A stretch of 64,000 nucleotides of DNA from the NCBI GenBank assembly GCA_002346225.1, contig DDYY01000056.1, positions 11,132-75,131 on the forward strand, written 5' to 3'. This DNA is from Bacteroidetes bacterium UBA3022. GTDB lineage: Bacteria > Bacteroidota > Bacteroidia > Chitinophagales > BACL12. The notes beneath the pieces were generated by a model, which saw only the letters and a list, made by a program, of their open reading frames with translations, was not told where the DNA came from and ran no database searches. This document shows positions 47,565 to 57,774 of the stretch, one piece after another. Positions within the stretch are counted from its first letter, which is position 1. Every line of letters starts with the position of its first letter. A program made the translations under genes and the position numbers.

Positions 47565-47927
47565 ATGGATAATATTGAAGCGCTCAGAGACTATTGCCTC
47601 CTTAAAAAGGGGGTTACGGAAGAACTTCCCTTCGGCCCCGACACGCTTGTATTTAAGGTCATGGGAAAGATTTTTGCCATAGCTCCTTTAGATGAAATAC
47701 AACTGCGCGTCAATCTCAAGTGCGACCCGGAGAGAGCTTTGGAACTCAGAGAGCAGTATTCAGCCATTCAACCGGGATACCATATGAATAAGCTGCACTG
47801 GAATACCATTGTACAAGATGGTAGTATACCCGGCTCGCTGCTGAAAGAGTTGATTGATCATTCCTATAATTTAATCGTGGAAAGCTTGCCACGAAAAACC
47901 AGAAACGAATGGGAGGCACTCGAATAG
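47565..47927 (+). CDS. MmcQ/YjbR-family DNA-binding protein
   Basis: 120 aa. LPFGPDTLVFKVMGKIFA...LKCDPE...YHMNKLHWNT pattern. Confidence 0.8.
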   Translation: MDNIEALRDYCLLKKGVTEELPFGPDTLVFKVMGKIFAIAPLDEIQLRVNLKCDPERALELREQYSAIQPGYHMNKLHWNTIVQDGSIPGSLLKELIDHSYNLIVESLPRKTRNEWEALE

Positions 47928-47928
47928 C

Positions 47929-48615
47929 ATGCATCTGGATATCCTATTTGAAGACAATCATCTGATTGCCATAAACAAACCACCCGGTGCTATTACGCAA
48001 GGTGACAAAACCGGTGATACGGCTATCACGGAGCACGTCAGCCAGTACCTGAAAACCACTTATCAGAAACCGGGCAACGTTTATCTTGGATTGGTGCATC
48101 GGCTGGACCGACCTGCCAGTGGTATTTTGTTGATGGCCAAGACCAGTAAAGCCGCAGAAAGACTGAGCGCGATGATACAGCAGCGAACGATTAGGAAGTT
48201 CTATTATGCAGTTACAGGCACTCAACCGGACCCTCCCGCCGCAAAATTGACAGACTATTTAGCCAAGAACGAACGACAGAATAAGAGTTACCGGGTAAGC
48301 GAAGGCAGCAAAGGTGCTAAACTGGCTGTCCTTGAATACCAGCTCAAAGCCGCATCAGATCATTACTTCCTCTTGGATATTGAGCTGATGACAGGAAGGC
48401 ACCATCAAATCAGGGCACAGCTCTCGAGCATAGGTTGCCCTATCAAAGGAGATTTAAAATACGGAGCTCCCCGTTCCAATAAAGATGGCTCTATTCACCT
48501 GCACGCCCGGGCTCTTGAATTTGTGCATCCGGTGCAAAAAACAGACGTAATCATTACGGCTCCAGCTCCTGACGAAGTAGTCTGGAACGCTTTGGTACAA
48601 AAAAACAGCCCCTGA
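47929..48615 (+). CDS. RluA-family pseudouridine synthase
   Basis: LAINKPPG, catalytic HRLDRPASGILLMAKT, and GRHHQIRAQL. Confidence 0.9.
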   Translation: MHLDILFEDNHLIAINKPPGAITQGDKTGDTAITEHVSQYLKTTYQKPGNVYLGLVHRLDRPASGILLMAKTSKAAERLSAMIQQRTIRKFYYAVTGTQPDPPAAKLTDYLAKNERQNKSYRVSEGSKGAKLAVLEYQLKAASDHYFLLDIELMTGRHHQIRAQLSSIGCPIKGDLKYGAPRSNKDGSIHLHARALEFVHPVQKTDVIITAPAPDEVVWNALVQKNSP

Positions 48616-48632
48616 AAAAAATCCAGGGGCTG
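48606..48632. terminator. Hairpin terminator shared by convergent genes
   Basis: 9-bp stem cagcccctg (48606-48614) / caggggctg (48624-48632). The left arm contains the rluA-family stop codon. A plus-strand A-tract immediately 5' of the hairpin supplies a U-tract for the minus-strand transcript. Confidence 0.6.
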
Positions 48633-48657
48633 CTGATATTTGAAAGCAAGCAAATCC

Positions 48658-49470
48658 TTATTGTTCCATATGATAATGGATTCCTACGCTGATACCAACG
48701 AAGGCGTTGCGGGAGAATTCAAAATCATTATAGAGTTCCCTTGTTGCCTCAGCGTTGATGTCAGTAAATCCGTAATACATGCGCAAGTCTGGTGACAGGT
48801 ACAGGTTATCGTTCAGGTAGATATTGGCTCCGACAGTCAGTTGGATACCGAAGTCCAGCGTGCTGAAGTAGGCATCATCCGCTTCCAGCTCAGGCGTGCT
48901 GGAGAAATCAGGAATGGCAGCCTGAATGATTTCTTCCGGAATATCTGTAATCGTTCCATTATTGCTGATATAAGCTTGCCATACCTGCTCCCCGGAAAGT
49001 AATAATCCGATGGTAGGTCCGCCCATTGCATGGAAAACGGCATTCGACTTTTTCTTCCTTTCTGTTTGGAAACGATACATGATGGGAATCTGCAGATAGT
49101 TCAGATCTATCTGACGATAGGTATCCACTTTAGGGTCATTGTTGCCGCTACCTAAAGAGAAATCGCGAATCTTGTCGTAGTAATCTTGCCCCATTTGAGC
49201 GTAATTCAACTCCAGTTGGATTCCGTTCATGTCATCAAAGTTGTATCCCAGCGCAATACCTGGATACACCCCAAACTTCATTTCATAATCCATTTCTGAG
49301 AAGCCATAGCTGTTCTGGTTATGAATGAATACACCATTAAATCCAAAATGAGCTCCTGCATGGAAACCTGTTTGTGAGAAAGCTGATAGGGTGGTTACAA
49401 CCAGCACTGTAGCGAGTAAAACTTTTTTAATAAGGTAATTTTGTGACAAAAATAATATTAATGAGCGCAT
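48658..49470 (-). CDS. Outer-membrane beta-barrel (porin-family) protein
   Basis: Signal peptide VLLATVLVVTTLSAFSQ. Beta-strand periodicity with G/Y-rich strands. The ATG at 49470 is preferred over 49503. Confidence 0.55.
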   Translation of the reverse strand: MRSLILFLSQNYLIKKVLLATVLVVTTLSAFSQTGFHAGAHFGFNGVFIHNQNSYGFSEMDYEMKFGVYPGIALGYNFDDMNGIQLELNYAQMGQDYYDKIRDFSLGSGNNDPKVDTYRQIDLNYLQIPIMYRFQTERKKKSNAVFHAMGGPTIGLLLSGEQVWQAYISNNGTITDIPEEIIQAAIPDFSSTPELEADDAYFSTLDFGIQLTVGANIYLNDNLYLSPDLRMYYGFTDINAEATRELYNDFEFSRNAFVGISVGIHYHMEQ

Positions 49471-49571
49471 ATATACAATTAAAGACCGACAGTAAATCAA
49501 CAAATGTTACAAGGAAAAATACGATTTTACTTCGACCTAAAAGTTGATTACTGAGCTAAAGCTAAGATTAA

Positions 49572-50513
49572 TCACGGTTCAGCATTGAACATACCCACAT
49601 AACGTGTGTCTTTTTTTCTGAACGCCCTGTACATACCGGGTGTATTGAATTCCATAACAGCGCTTCCATTCTTGTCTATACTGATCAATCCTCCCTCTGC
49701 TCCCTGCGCTTTCAGCTTCACATGAATGATGTTTTTTGCCGCTTCAGCGTGTTCCATTCCTCCATACAATAGCATGGCATGCAAGTCATAAGCCACTACA
49801 TTTTGCATAAAGCTCTCTCCTTGCCCGGTGCACGATACAGCGCAGGTTGCATTGTTGGCATAAGTTCCGGCTCCAATGATAGGGCTGTCTCCTACTCTGC
49901 CGTACTTTTTATTCATCATTCCACCGGTAGAAGTCGCCGCCGCCAGATTACCTGAACTATCCAAAGCTACTGCACCAACCGTCCCATACTTATAGGAGTC
50001 AAATTCATCAACAAAAAACGGTAGCCCGCTTCTATCAGCTTCCTGCACCGCCTTGAGCTGGGCTCGTCTGGCAGGAAAAATCAAGGACTCGGGCTCTACA
50101 GGTAAACATCCGGCTTCGATGGCAAATGCTTCTGCACCGGCTCCTGTCAATAGATTATGCTGGCTTTGCTCCATGACCCTTCGCGCTACAGTTATCGGAT
50201 GGCGGAACCTGCTGATGCCAGCTACAGCTCCATTACGAAGGTTTCGGCCATCCATGATACTCGCGTCCAACTCCGGTATTCCTGCAGCATTTAACACGCA
50301 TCCATAACCGGCATTGAAAAGCGGATGTTCTTCCAAAGCACATACCACTTTTTCCACTGCATCTACTGCAGAAGCCCCGCTCTGCAGCAGGGTATATCCC
50401 AGATCAATGGCTTGGCTCAGTACCTTTTCTGCTTCCATCCGTGCAGCCCCTTGCAGCAAATGCGGCAGAATATTGCCTGCACCACCGTGTAGAATTATTA
50501 CGGGCTCATTCAT
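49572..50513 (-). CDS. Isoaspartyl peptidase / L-asparaginase (Ntn hydrolase, Asparaginase_2)
   Basis: MNEPVIILHGGAG. Autoprocessing site YGTVGAVALD. GAGTYA and TGQGE motifs. The ATG at 50513 is preferred over 50552. Confidence 0.85.
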   Translation of the reverse strand: MNEPVIILHGGAGNILPHLLQGAARMEAEKVLSQAIDLGYTLLQSGASAVDAVEKVVCALEEHPLFNAGYGCVLNAAGIPELDASIMDGRNLRNGAVAGISRFRHPITVARRVMEQSQHNLLTGAGAEAFAIEAGCLPVEPESLIFPARRAQLKAVQEADRSGLPFFVDEFDSYKYGTVGAVALDSSGNLAAATSTGGMMNKKYGRVGDSPIIGAGTYANNATCAVSCTGQGESFMQNVVAYDLHAMLLYGGMEHAEAAKNIIHVKLKAQGAEGGLISIDKNGSAVMEFNTPGMYRAFRKKDTRYVGMFNAEP

Positions 50514-50532
50514 TTGCTCCAGTATTTGATAA

Positions 50533-50540
50533 TAACTTTG
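50533..50540 (+). promoter_or_regulatory. Bacteroidota -7 box (TAnnTTTG)
   Basis: taactttg lies 4 nt upstream of the ATG at 50545. Confidence 0.35.
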
Positions 50541-50544
50541 CCCA

Positions 50545-51333
50545 ATGAGCATTTGGCAACAGACAGCCTATTTCCTCCGGCACAGCTGGCAAGCTGTACC
50601 CCGCAATCATATTGATTCTCCATTTGTGCATGACTTTATTCAAAATGTTATGTCTAATACCGGTCAATATTACGCTTTTCAAAGTATTGAGGGCTACCGG
50701 AAGAAGTTGCTTGCCAACCGGGACAAGCTAACTGTAGAGGATCTTGGTGCCGGCTCCAAACGATTGAAAGGCCGACAACGGAGCGTTGCCGATATCGCCA
50801 GGAACAGCTTGATCACACCGAAGTACGGTCAATTGCTGTTTCATTTGATGCGGCACTACCAATACCGGCATGCGCTTGAATTGGGTACATCATTGGGCAT
50901 CAGTGCGGCCTATATGGCAGCCGTTTCCGGTGAATCGACCGTAATTTCGATGGAGGGTAGCCGGGAAATTGCCGCAATGGCCCGAAAAACATGGGAGGAC
51001 CTTGGCTTGAAAAATTGCAGTGTGGTCACCGGCAACTTTGACACCACACTGCAAGAAGTTCTAGCTACATCTAACACATTTGACCTGATTTTTATTGACG
51101 GCAACCACCGGTACCAGCCCACAGTGGATTATTTTCAGCAATGTTTACCAAAATTGAGTTCGAATGGAGTCATCATTCTCGATGACATCCACTGGAGCGC
51201 AGAGATGCACCAGGCATGGAATGATATCTGTGCGCAACAAACAACAGGTATCACCATCGATTTATACCACAAAGGCCTGGTATTTCCAGGCGTGCAAAAA
51301 CAAGGTCGACAGAAATTCATATTGCGATATTAA
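50545..51333 (+). CDS. Class I SAM-dependent methyltransferase (O-methyltransferase-like)
   Basis: Motif I ALELGTSLGISAAYMA. FDLIFIDGNH and IILDDIHW motifs. Confidence 0.7.
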   Translation: MSIWQQTAYFLRHSWQAVPRNHIDSPFVHDFIQNVMSNTGQYYAFQSIEGYRKKLLANRDKLTVEDLGAGSKRLKGRQRSVADIARNSLITPKYGQLLFHLMRHYQYRHALELGTSLGISAAYMAAVSGESTVISMEGSREIAAMARKTWEDLGLKNCSVVTGNFDTTLQEVLATSNTFDLIFIDGNHRYQPTVDYFQQCLPKLSSNGVIILDDIHWSAEMHQAWNDICAQQTTGITIDLYHKGLVFPGVQKQGRQKFILRY

Positions 51334-51389
51334 TTATTGCAATTAACATTGTTTAACGCCATTTCTGTTCTTAGCCGACTCCTAATTCT

Positions 51390-51397
51390 TACCTTTG
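51390..51397 (+). promoter_or_regulatory. Bacteroidota -7 box (TAnnTTTG)
   Basis: tacctttg lies 20 nt upstream of the ATG at 51418. This supports that start over 51337. Confidence 0.4.
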
Positions 51398-51417
51398 TTA
51401 CATCACAAATTGGAGAT

Positions 51418-52791
51418 ATGAAAAAAATACTAGTAACTACTTTGTTGTTCACGGCTGCCCTGGCTGCTTTCGCACAACAGAAATTACCATCAAACTTTTA
51501 CCTGGAAAAACTCGATAACGGATTAGAGGTCCTGGTTATCGAAGACAATTCCGTTCCCCTTGCTACCGTAGAAATAGTAGTGAGGAATGGCGCTTATACT
51601 GAAGACAGCGCATTCAACGGTTTATCGCATCTGTATGAACACATGTTCTTCAAAGCGAATAAAGACATCCCGTCGCAGGAAGAATTCCTGAAACGCGTCA
51701 ATGAACTGGGTATTATTTTTAATGGTACCACCTCTGATGAAAGGGTCAATTACTTCTTTACCCTGAGCAACAAAAACCTGATGGAAGGACTTGAATTTAT
51801 GAATTCAGCTATCCGTTATCCCTTGTTCCTGGAAGAAGAAATGAAAAATGAGAACCCCGTGGTTGACGGAGAGTTTCAACGTGCCGAATCCAACCCTTAC
51901 TTCGAACTGTTCCAGACTTTTGGAAGAAAAATGTGGGGAGATAATTACTACAGAAAGAATCCTATCGGTTTGCATGATGTAATTCTATCAGCAACTACCG
52001 AAAAAATGGAAATCATCAAGAATAAGTACTACTACCCCAACAACTCCATGCTGGTTGTAGCCGGAGACGTGAACCATGAGGAAGTAGTCCCTATGGCGGA
52101 GAAAATTTTCGGTGACTGGGAACCATCTGACTTTGACCCATTCGAAAGATATCCCATCCCGGAATTTGCGCCCCTGAAAGGTGAGACAAAATTCCTTACA
52201 GAAAGCGAAAACGCTCAGGTGCCTTTGTTCATGATTGGTTTCCACGGTCCTGACACACGAAATGACTTACGTTCTACCTATGCTGCCGACGTGTTTTCTT
52301 ACATACTGCAACAAGCTTCCTCCAAGCTGCAGAAAGATTTGATTGAAACAGGATTGGCGCTTCAAGTGCAGGTAGGTTACCAGACCAACAAATACACCGG
52401 ACCTATCCAGATCATTCTTGTTCCCAATCCTATGAATGTGCAGGCTGCATATGACAAACTCTGGGAGCATATAAACATGTGGAATGACCCCGATTACTAC
52501 ACAGATGAACAACTGGAAACTGCTAAGAAGTTGCTGGCCATCGATGATGCCTACAGTAAAGAAGCTACTTCCAACTTCGTACATACGGTGACTTACTGGT
52601 GGGCAAGTGCTACTATAGACTACTACACCAATTATGTAGAAAATCTTAAGAAGGTTACCCGGCAGGACATAAGTAAATACGTTAACACTTATATCACTGA
52701 TCAACCACATGTGGTGGGCTTAATGATCAACCCATCCATGAAAGGCTACATCGACCTTTCTGCCATGGGTTTCGAAGCAGGCGAGGAATAA
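51418..52791 (+). CDS. M16-family (pitrilysin/insulinase) zinc peptidase, active-site subunit
   Basis: Signal peptide MKKILVTTLLFTAALAAFAQ. Inverted zinc motif HLYEH (HxxEH) followed by NGTTS..E..Y. Confidence 0.85.
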   Translation: MKKILVTTLLFTAALAAFAQQKLPSNFYLEKLDNGLEVLVIEDNSVPLATVEIVVRNGAYTEDSAFNGLSHLYEHMFFKANKDIPSQEEFLKRVNELGIIFNGTTSDERVNYFFTLSNKNLMEGLEFMNSAIRYPLFLEEEMKNENPVVDGEFQRAESNPYFELFQTFGRKMWGDNYYRKNPIGLHDVILSATTEKMEIIKNKYYYPNNSMLVVAGDVNHEEVVPMAEKIFGDWEPSDFDPFERYPIPEFAPLKGETKFLTESENAQVPLFMIGFHGPDTRNDLRSTYAADVFSYILQQASSKLQKDLIETGLALQVQVGYQTNKYTGPIQIILVPNPMNVQAAYDKLWEHINMWNDPDYYTDEQLETAKKLLAIDDAYSKEATSNFVHTVTYWWASATIDYYTNYVENLKKVTRQDISKYVNTYITDQPHVVGLMINPSMKGYIDLSAMGFEAGEE

Positions 52792-52816
52792 TATTTAAAT
52801 CTGAAAATACAGACCA

Positions 52817-54148
52817 ATGAAAAGGTATATGAAAATAAAAAATGTAATATTAGCAGCATTCCTTCTGATAGGCACAAGTGCTATGGCCGGAAGTGGTGCG
52901 ACTGAATTTACCGTTGATGGTATTAAAGTTATCCTTAAGAACACTCCCAAGGACGTAATAAGCGTGCGTTTGTTTGTGGAAGGTGGTACAGCAAATTACC
53001 CCGACGATAAACAAGGGATTGAAAACCTGATGCTGAATCTGTTGGTAGAAGGTGGCACCAAAAGCATGGATAAGGTAACCTTTAAAACAGAAGCTGAAAA
53101 GATAGGCACCTCCATGAGTGCCAATACAGGACTGGACTACGGAAGCGTTAACATGACATGTGTACGGGCTTTTTTTAATGAGTCCTGGAGTCTGTTCAGC
53201 GATGCCATTTTAAATCCTGCACTAGGTCAAAAGGAGTTTACACTTTTGCAACAGCAATTAATTGCCGGTGCTAAATCGGCGCAAAGTGATCCCGATTCTC
53301 ACCTGGGACTGATATCCCGCAGCAATGCTTTTCCCAATTCCAATTACAGAAAAGACCCTGCAGGTACACCTGAATCACTGGAAGCACTTACCCTCGATGA
53401 TGTACAGAAGTATTACAGCAAGATTATTTCCAAGAAACGCTGTTTCATCGTTGTTGTGGGAAATGTAAGTCAGGAAGAACTTACGAATCTGATCAAGAGC
53501 ACCTTGGCTAAACTACCGCAGGGCGCTACTGCTGCACAGGAACAGCGGACAATTCTTACAGAAGGTAAAGTGTTTGTGGAAGACAGAGATATCGCCACCA
53601 ACTACATTCGTGGTGTCATGAGTGCACCTTATGCTAATTCCAAAGATGGTGTTGCTATGCGTATTGCCATGTCTATTCTTGGCGACCGTTACTTCACCGA
53701 ATTGCGCACCAAGAGGAGCCTGTCCTATGCTCCTGCCGCATTCTATGCAATGTCTGCCATTAATAATCCTTACAGCGTTATCTACATCTCCACCACGAAT
53801 CCGGAAGAGAGCATGAAGGTGATGGTTGAAGAGATCAATAAGATAAAGAGCGAAGGTTTTGATGAAGAAGAATTGACAGATGTGAAGGAAGTATTTCTTA
53901 CCAGCTATTACATGACCCTCGAAACCACTTCCAGCCAGGCCGATGTGATTGGTATGAGCGAGATTATGGGCGACTGGTCACAGTTGGATAACTTCACCGA
54001 TAATGTGAATTCTACCACATTGAAAGATATCAACAAAGTATTTGACGAGTATTCGAAAGCAATCGTCTGGACCTATCTCGGCAAACAGGATATGGTGAAA
54101 GAGGAGAACTTCGTACAACCCAAGGAAACCAAAAACAAACCTTACTAA
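52817..54148 (+). CDS. M16-family peptidase-like protein lacking the HxxEH motif (non-catalytic partner)
   Basis: Signal peptide. M16 fold pattern (VRLFVEGGTANYPDDKQGIENLM...). No HxxEH. It is adjacent to the active paralog. Confidence 0.75.
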   Translation: MKRYMKIKNVILAAFLLIGTSAMAGSGATEFTVDGIKVILKNTPKDVISVRLFVEGGTANYPDDKQGIENLMLNLLVEGGTKSMDKVTFKTEAEKIGTSMSANTGLDYGSVNMTCVRAFFNESWSLFSDAILNPALGQKEFTLLQQQLIAGAKSAQSDPDSHLGLISRSNAFPNSNYRKDPAGTPESLEALTLDDVQKYYSKIISKKRCFIVVVGNVSQEELTNLIKSTLAKLPQGATAAQEQRTILTEGKVFVEDRDIATNYIRGVMSAPYANSKDGVAMRIAMSILGDRYFTELRTKRSLSYAPAAFYAMSAINNPYSVIYISTTNPEESMKVMVEEINKIKSEGFDEEELTDVKEVFLTSYYMTLETTSSQADVIGMSEIMGDWSQLDNFTDNVNSTTLKDINKVFDEYSKAIVWTYLGKQDMVKEENFVQPKETKNKPY

Positions 54149-54170
54149 GCGTTTGGAAATCTAACAGAAT

Positions 54171-54197
54171 AGGCTGCCAAAAGGCAGCCTTTTCTGT
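54171..54197. terminator. Bidirectional terminator
   Basis: Stem aggctgcc (54171-54178) / ggcagcct (54183-54190), loop aaaa, followed by tttctgttt. Confidence 0.7.
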
Positions 54198-54719
54198 TTA
54201 CATGAAGAGCGCTTTCAACTCTGTCGCCTCTTCCGGTTTCATTCTGCCACCCAATATCAGTCGTAGTTCCCTGCGACGCAAGGCCCTTTCATACCGGTGG
54301 CGCTCATCATCCGTTTCGGGGATAATTTCCGGCACGGGAGTGGGTCTCCCATCATCGTCCAATGCTACAAACGTATAATACGCTTCATTGCATTTTATCT
54401 TACCTGAGTTGGTTCGGATATTCTCTTTATACACCTCAATAAAAATTTCCATAGAAGAATGGAAAGCTCTGGTAACCTGGGCGTCTATGGTAACTACATC
54501 TCCTATTTTGATCGGCCTGCTGAATGAAACATTATCCACGGCAGCTGTCACCGCAACTTTCCGGGCGTGTTTGCCTGCGCATATGCCGCTCACGACGTCC
54601 ATCCATTTCAAGAGATTTCCTCCCATCAGATTGTTCATCGGATTTGTATCATTGGGCATTACCAACTCGGTGAAAGTGGTAAATGACTCACTCACTTTTT
54701 TTGCTTCTATATTGTTCAT
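54198..54719 (-). CDS. Acyl-CoA thioesterase (hot-dog fold, YciA/Acot-like)
   Basis: ELVMPNDTNPMNNLMGGNLLKWMD...AAVDNVSFSRPIKIGD pattern. Confidence 0.85.
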   Translation of the reverse strand: MNNIEAKKVSESFTTFTELVMPNDTNPMNNLMGGNLLKWMDVVSGICAGKHARKVAVTAAVDNVSFSRPIKIGDVVTIDAQVTRAFHSSMEIFIEVYKENIRTNSGKIKCNEAYYTFVALDDDGRPTPVPEIIPETDDERHRYERALRRRELRLILGGRMKPEEATELKALFM

Positions 54720-54727
54720 ATTGCCTG

Positions 54728-54735
54728 CAAAGGTA
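54728..54735 (-). promoter_or_regulatory. Bacteroidota -7 box (TAnnTTTG, minus strand)
   Basis: Plus-strand caaaggta is tacctttg on the minus strand, 8 nt upstream of the ATG at 54719. Confidence 0.4.
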
Positions 54736-54803
54736 GGGCATCATGTAGTATTAAATCGGTAGTAAAACAGCAATTCCACCCTCAGTCATAAGGACCTTTT
54801 GCT

Positions 54804-54811
54804 TATCTTTG
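54804..54811 (+). promoter_or_regulatory. Bacteroidota -7 box (TAnnTTTG)
   Basis: tatctttg lies 16 nt upstream of the sucC ATG at 54828. Confidence 0.45.
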
Positions 54812-54827
54812 CGGCAAATTTTTATCA

Positions 54828-56018
54828 ATGAATCTGCACGAATACCAGGGTAAAGAACTCATCAAACGCTTCGGCGCCCGCATACAGGAAGGAATAACTG
54901 CGACAACACCAGAAGAAGCACTTGCTGCGGCAAAGGAACTTCAGGAAAAAACCGGAACCAATATATGGGTGGTCAAAGCGCAAATCCACGCCGGTGGTAG
55001 AGGCAAAGCAGGTGGTGTAAAAGTAGCCACTTCCCTGGAAGCAGTAAAAGAAAAAGCATCAGCCATTCTCGGTGCAACACTGGTAACGCCACAAACTGGT
55101 CCCAAAGGAAAGCTCGTGAATAAAGTGCTCATCGCACAGGATGTATATTATCCTGGCGAGGAAGAGCCAAAGGAATATTACATAAGCGTATTGCTAGACA
55201 GAGAGCTGAGTAAGAATGTTATCGTGTACTCCACAGAGGGAGGTATGGATATTGAAGAAGTAGCTGATAAAACACCGCACCTTATTCACAAGGAGTGGAT
55301 CGATCCTATGTTGGGTATTCAACCATTTCAGGCGCGAAAAGTGGCATTCCAACTGGGATTAAGCGGCGTTGCTTTCAAAGAGATGGTGAAATTCGTCACC
55401 TCCCTCTACAACGCATTTACCGGCAATGATTGCTCTTTGCTGGAAATCAATCCTGCGTTGAAAGCCTCAGACGGAAAGATTATCGCTGTTGATACCAAGT
55501 GCGTAGTAGATGGAAATGCATTGGGAAGACATCCTGATATTGCTGCCATGCGCGATATTACCGAAGAAGATCCCACTGAAGTGGAAGCCGGAGAAGTAGG
55601 GCTAAATTTCGTAAAACTGGACGGGAATGTAGGCTGTATGGTGAATGGAGCCGGTCTTGCTATGGCTACCATGGATATTATAAAATTATCAGGTGGTAAC
55701 CCTGCCAACTTCCTCGATGTTGGAGGTACTGCTGATGCTCAAAGGGTGGAAACGGCCTTTAAAATCATTTTGAAAGACCCTTCAGTAAAAGCTATTCTTG
55801 TCAATATCTTCGGAGGAATTGTACGCTGCGATCGCGTTGCGCAAGGTGTTATCGATGCCTACAAAAACATGGGTACTATTGATGTCCCAATTATTGTCAG
55901 GTTACAGGGCACCAATGCTGAAGAAGCCAAGGCAATGATCGATGCCAGCGGATTACGCGTAAAAAGTGCTATCCTGCTGAAGGAGGCTGCTGCACTGGTA
56001 CAGGAGGCCGTAGCGTAA
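54828..56018 (+). CDS. sucC: Succinate--CoA ligase (ADP-forming) beta subunit
   Basis: MNLHEYQGKEL, VVKAQIHAGGRGKAGGVK, GNVGCMVNGAGLAMATMD and NIFGGIVRCD. Confidence 0.95.
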   Translation: MNLHEYQGKELIKRFGARIQEGITATTPEEALAAAKELQEKTGTNIWVVKAQIHAGGRGKAGGVKVATSLEAVKEKASAILGATLVTPQTGPKGKLVNKVLIAQDVYYPGEEEPKEYYISVLLDRELSKNVIVYSTEGGMDIEEVADKTPHLIHKEWIDPMLGIQPFQARKVAFQLGLSGVAFKEMVKFVTSLYNAFTGNDCSLLEINPALKASDGKIIAVDTKCVVDGNALGRHPDIAAMRDITEEDPTEVEAGEVGLNFVKLDGNVGCMVNGAGLAMATMDIIKLSGGNPANFLDVGGTADAQRVETAFKIILKDPSVKAILVNIFGGIVRCDRVAQGVIDAYKNMGTIDVPIIVRLQGTNAEEAKAMIDASGLRVKSAILLKEAAALVQEAVA

Positions 56019-56072
56019 CATTGTGACCTATCTTATAACAAAGAGCTGATTCCAAGTTTGTAATTTTAAGGC

Positions 56073-57536
56073 ATGGAATCGCATTTCCTACCTTTTCGGA
56101 AGCAAATTATTGGCATTGACGCTGCCATTGAAACGCCCTATGGTCAAAAACCATTGGTTTATGCCGATTGGACGGCAAGTGGGAGAATGTATGGGCCTAT
56201 AGAAGAAAAGCTAATGCAGTATGTCTATCCCAATGTGGGAAACACCCATACTGATACCAGCTTTACCGGGAGCGCTATGACCATGGCCTATCACGAGGCG
56301 ATCCAGCTCATAAAGCGACATGTTGGTGCTTCGAAAGATGATGTACTGATATCGAGTAACTCGGGAATGACGGGAGTCGTCAATAAGTTACAGCGCATAT
56401 TGGGTCTCAAAGTCCATGAACGGTTCAGAAAGTCCATTGATATTCCGGAAACAGATAGACCCATTGTTTTCTGCACACACATGGAGCACCATTCCAACCA
56501 GACCAGCTGGCTGGAAACCATTGCAGATGTTGAAGTGATTGCTCCTGACCAGCACGGACTCGTTGACCTGCAACATCTGGCACAACTGCTTGAAAAATAT
56601 CAAAACAGGAAACAAAAAATTGCTGCCATTACCTCCTACAGCAATGTAACAGGCATAGCCACGCCTTATCATACCATTGCGGCCATGATGCATGAGGCAG
56701 GTGGTCTCTGCTTTGTCGATTTTGCCTGTTCAGCTCCTTACATCCCCATTAACATGCATCCCGAACGTCCCGAAGAGCGGCTGGATGCCATATATTTTTC
56801 TCCGCATAAGTTCCTGGGAGGTCCCGGATCATCAGGGATTGTCATCTTTAACAAAGCCTTATATAATAATCAGGTCCCCGACCACCCTGGCGGTGGAACA
56901 GTAGACTGGACCAACCCATGGGGTGAGCATAAATATCTCGATGATATCGAACTGAGAGAGGATGGTGGTACTCCGGCATTTATCCCGACTATGCGCGTTG
57001 CAATGAGCATACAGTTGAAAGAACAAATGGGTGTTGTTCCTATTCGTGACAGAGAAAAGGAAATTGTCGATAGGGTTTGGGACAAGTTACGATCCTTTAA
57101 AGGTGTACACGTGCTGGCTGACAAAATAAAAAAGCGTTTGCCTATATTTTCTTTCTATATTGAAAATCTTCATTTTAATCTGGCTGTCAGAATATTGAAC
57201 GACCGATTTGGCATCCAGACCCGGGGAGGATGCTCCTGCGCCGGAACCTATGGCCACTATCTGCTCCACGTAGATAAGGAACAATCTCATAGCATAACAC
57301 AGGCTATTTCGGAAGGCGATTATTCTAAGAAACCCGGATGGGTGCGCATGTCCTTGCATCCTACCAACACCAATAAGGAAATTGACTATATACTGGATGC
57401 AATCGCTGCACTTGCGGAAAACCACATCGAATGGAGCAAGGATTACCTTTGCGACCTGCAGCATAATAATATCCGGCATAAATCAAGAGAGACGTCTGCT
57501 ATCAAGGAACTGATAGACCATATTTACTACCGATAA
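56073..57536 (+). CDS. Class V aminotransferase-fold PLP enzyme (cysteine desulfurase/selenocysteine lyase-like)
   Basis: YADWTASGR, HHSN and FSPHKFLGGPGSSG (PLP Lys). RGGCSCAG near the C-terminus. Confidence 0.75.
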   Translation: MESHFLPFRKQIIGIDAAIETPYGQKPLVYADWTASGRMYGPIEEKLMQYVYPNVGNTHTDTSFTGSAMTMAYHEAIQLIKRHVGASKDDVLISSNSGMTGVVNKLQRILGLKVHERFRKSIDIPETDRPIVFCTHMEHHSNQTSWLETIADVEVIAPDQHGLVDLQHLAQLLEKYQNRKQKIAAITSYSNVTGIATPYHTIAAMMHEAGGLCFVDFACSAPYIPINMHPERPEERLDAIYFSPHKFLGGPGSSGIVIFNKALYNNQVPDHPGGGTVDWTNPWGEHKYLDDIELREDGGTPAFIPTMRVAMSIQLKEQMGVVPIRDREKEIVDRVWDKLRSFKGVHVLADKIKKRLPIFSFYIENLHFNLAVRILNDRFGIQTRGGCSCAGTYGHYLLHVDKEQSHSITQAISEGDYSKKPGWVRMSLHPTNTNKEIDYILDAIAALAENHIEWSKDYLCDLQHNNIRHKSRETSAIKELIDHIYYR

Positions 57537-57774
57537 CTCCATGGAAATATATCCAGTAAATCCAACTGGATTCTTCACAAGATTTGCAAATTGTCTTCGT
57601 CAGTGAAAAAACAATCCTGAACTGAGACAGTTGAACGTAGTATTTTTTAGAAGTATATAATTTAGTTGTTAGTGGATTGAATACCAGCTAATAATGAATC
57701 AACAAGTTAAGGCACTGAGCGCACTGATAAAGAGTTAAGCTTAGGGTTGTCCTCAATTATTTCAGTGCATTATC

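Noticed and set aside
57537-57774. 238-bp AT-rich spacer between convergent genes, checked for a small RNA or peptide gene
   Set aside because: It contains only a 7-bp hairpin (atccagt/actggat, 57551-57571), a 21-codon ORF (57541-57606) and a trivial GCACTGA direct repeat. There is nothing tRNA-like and no convincing structure.
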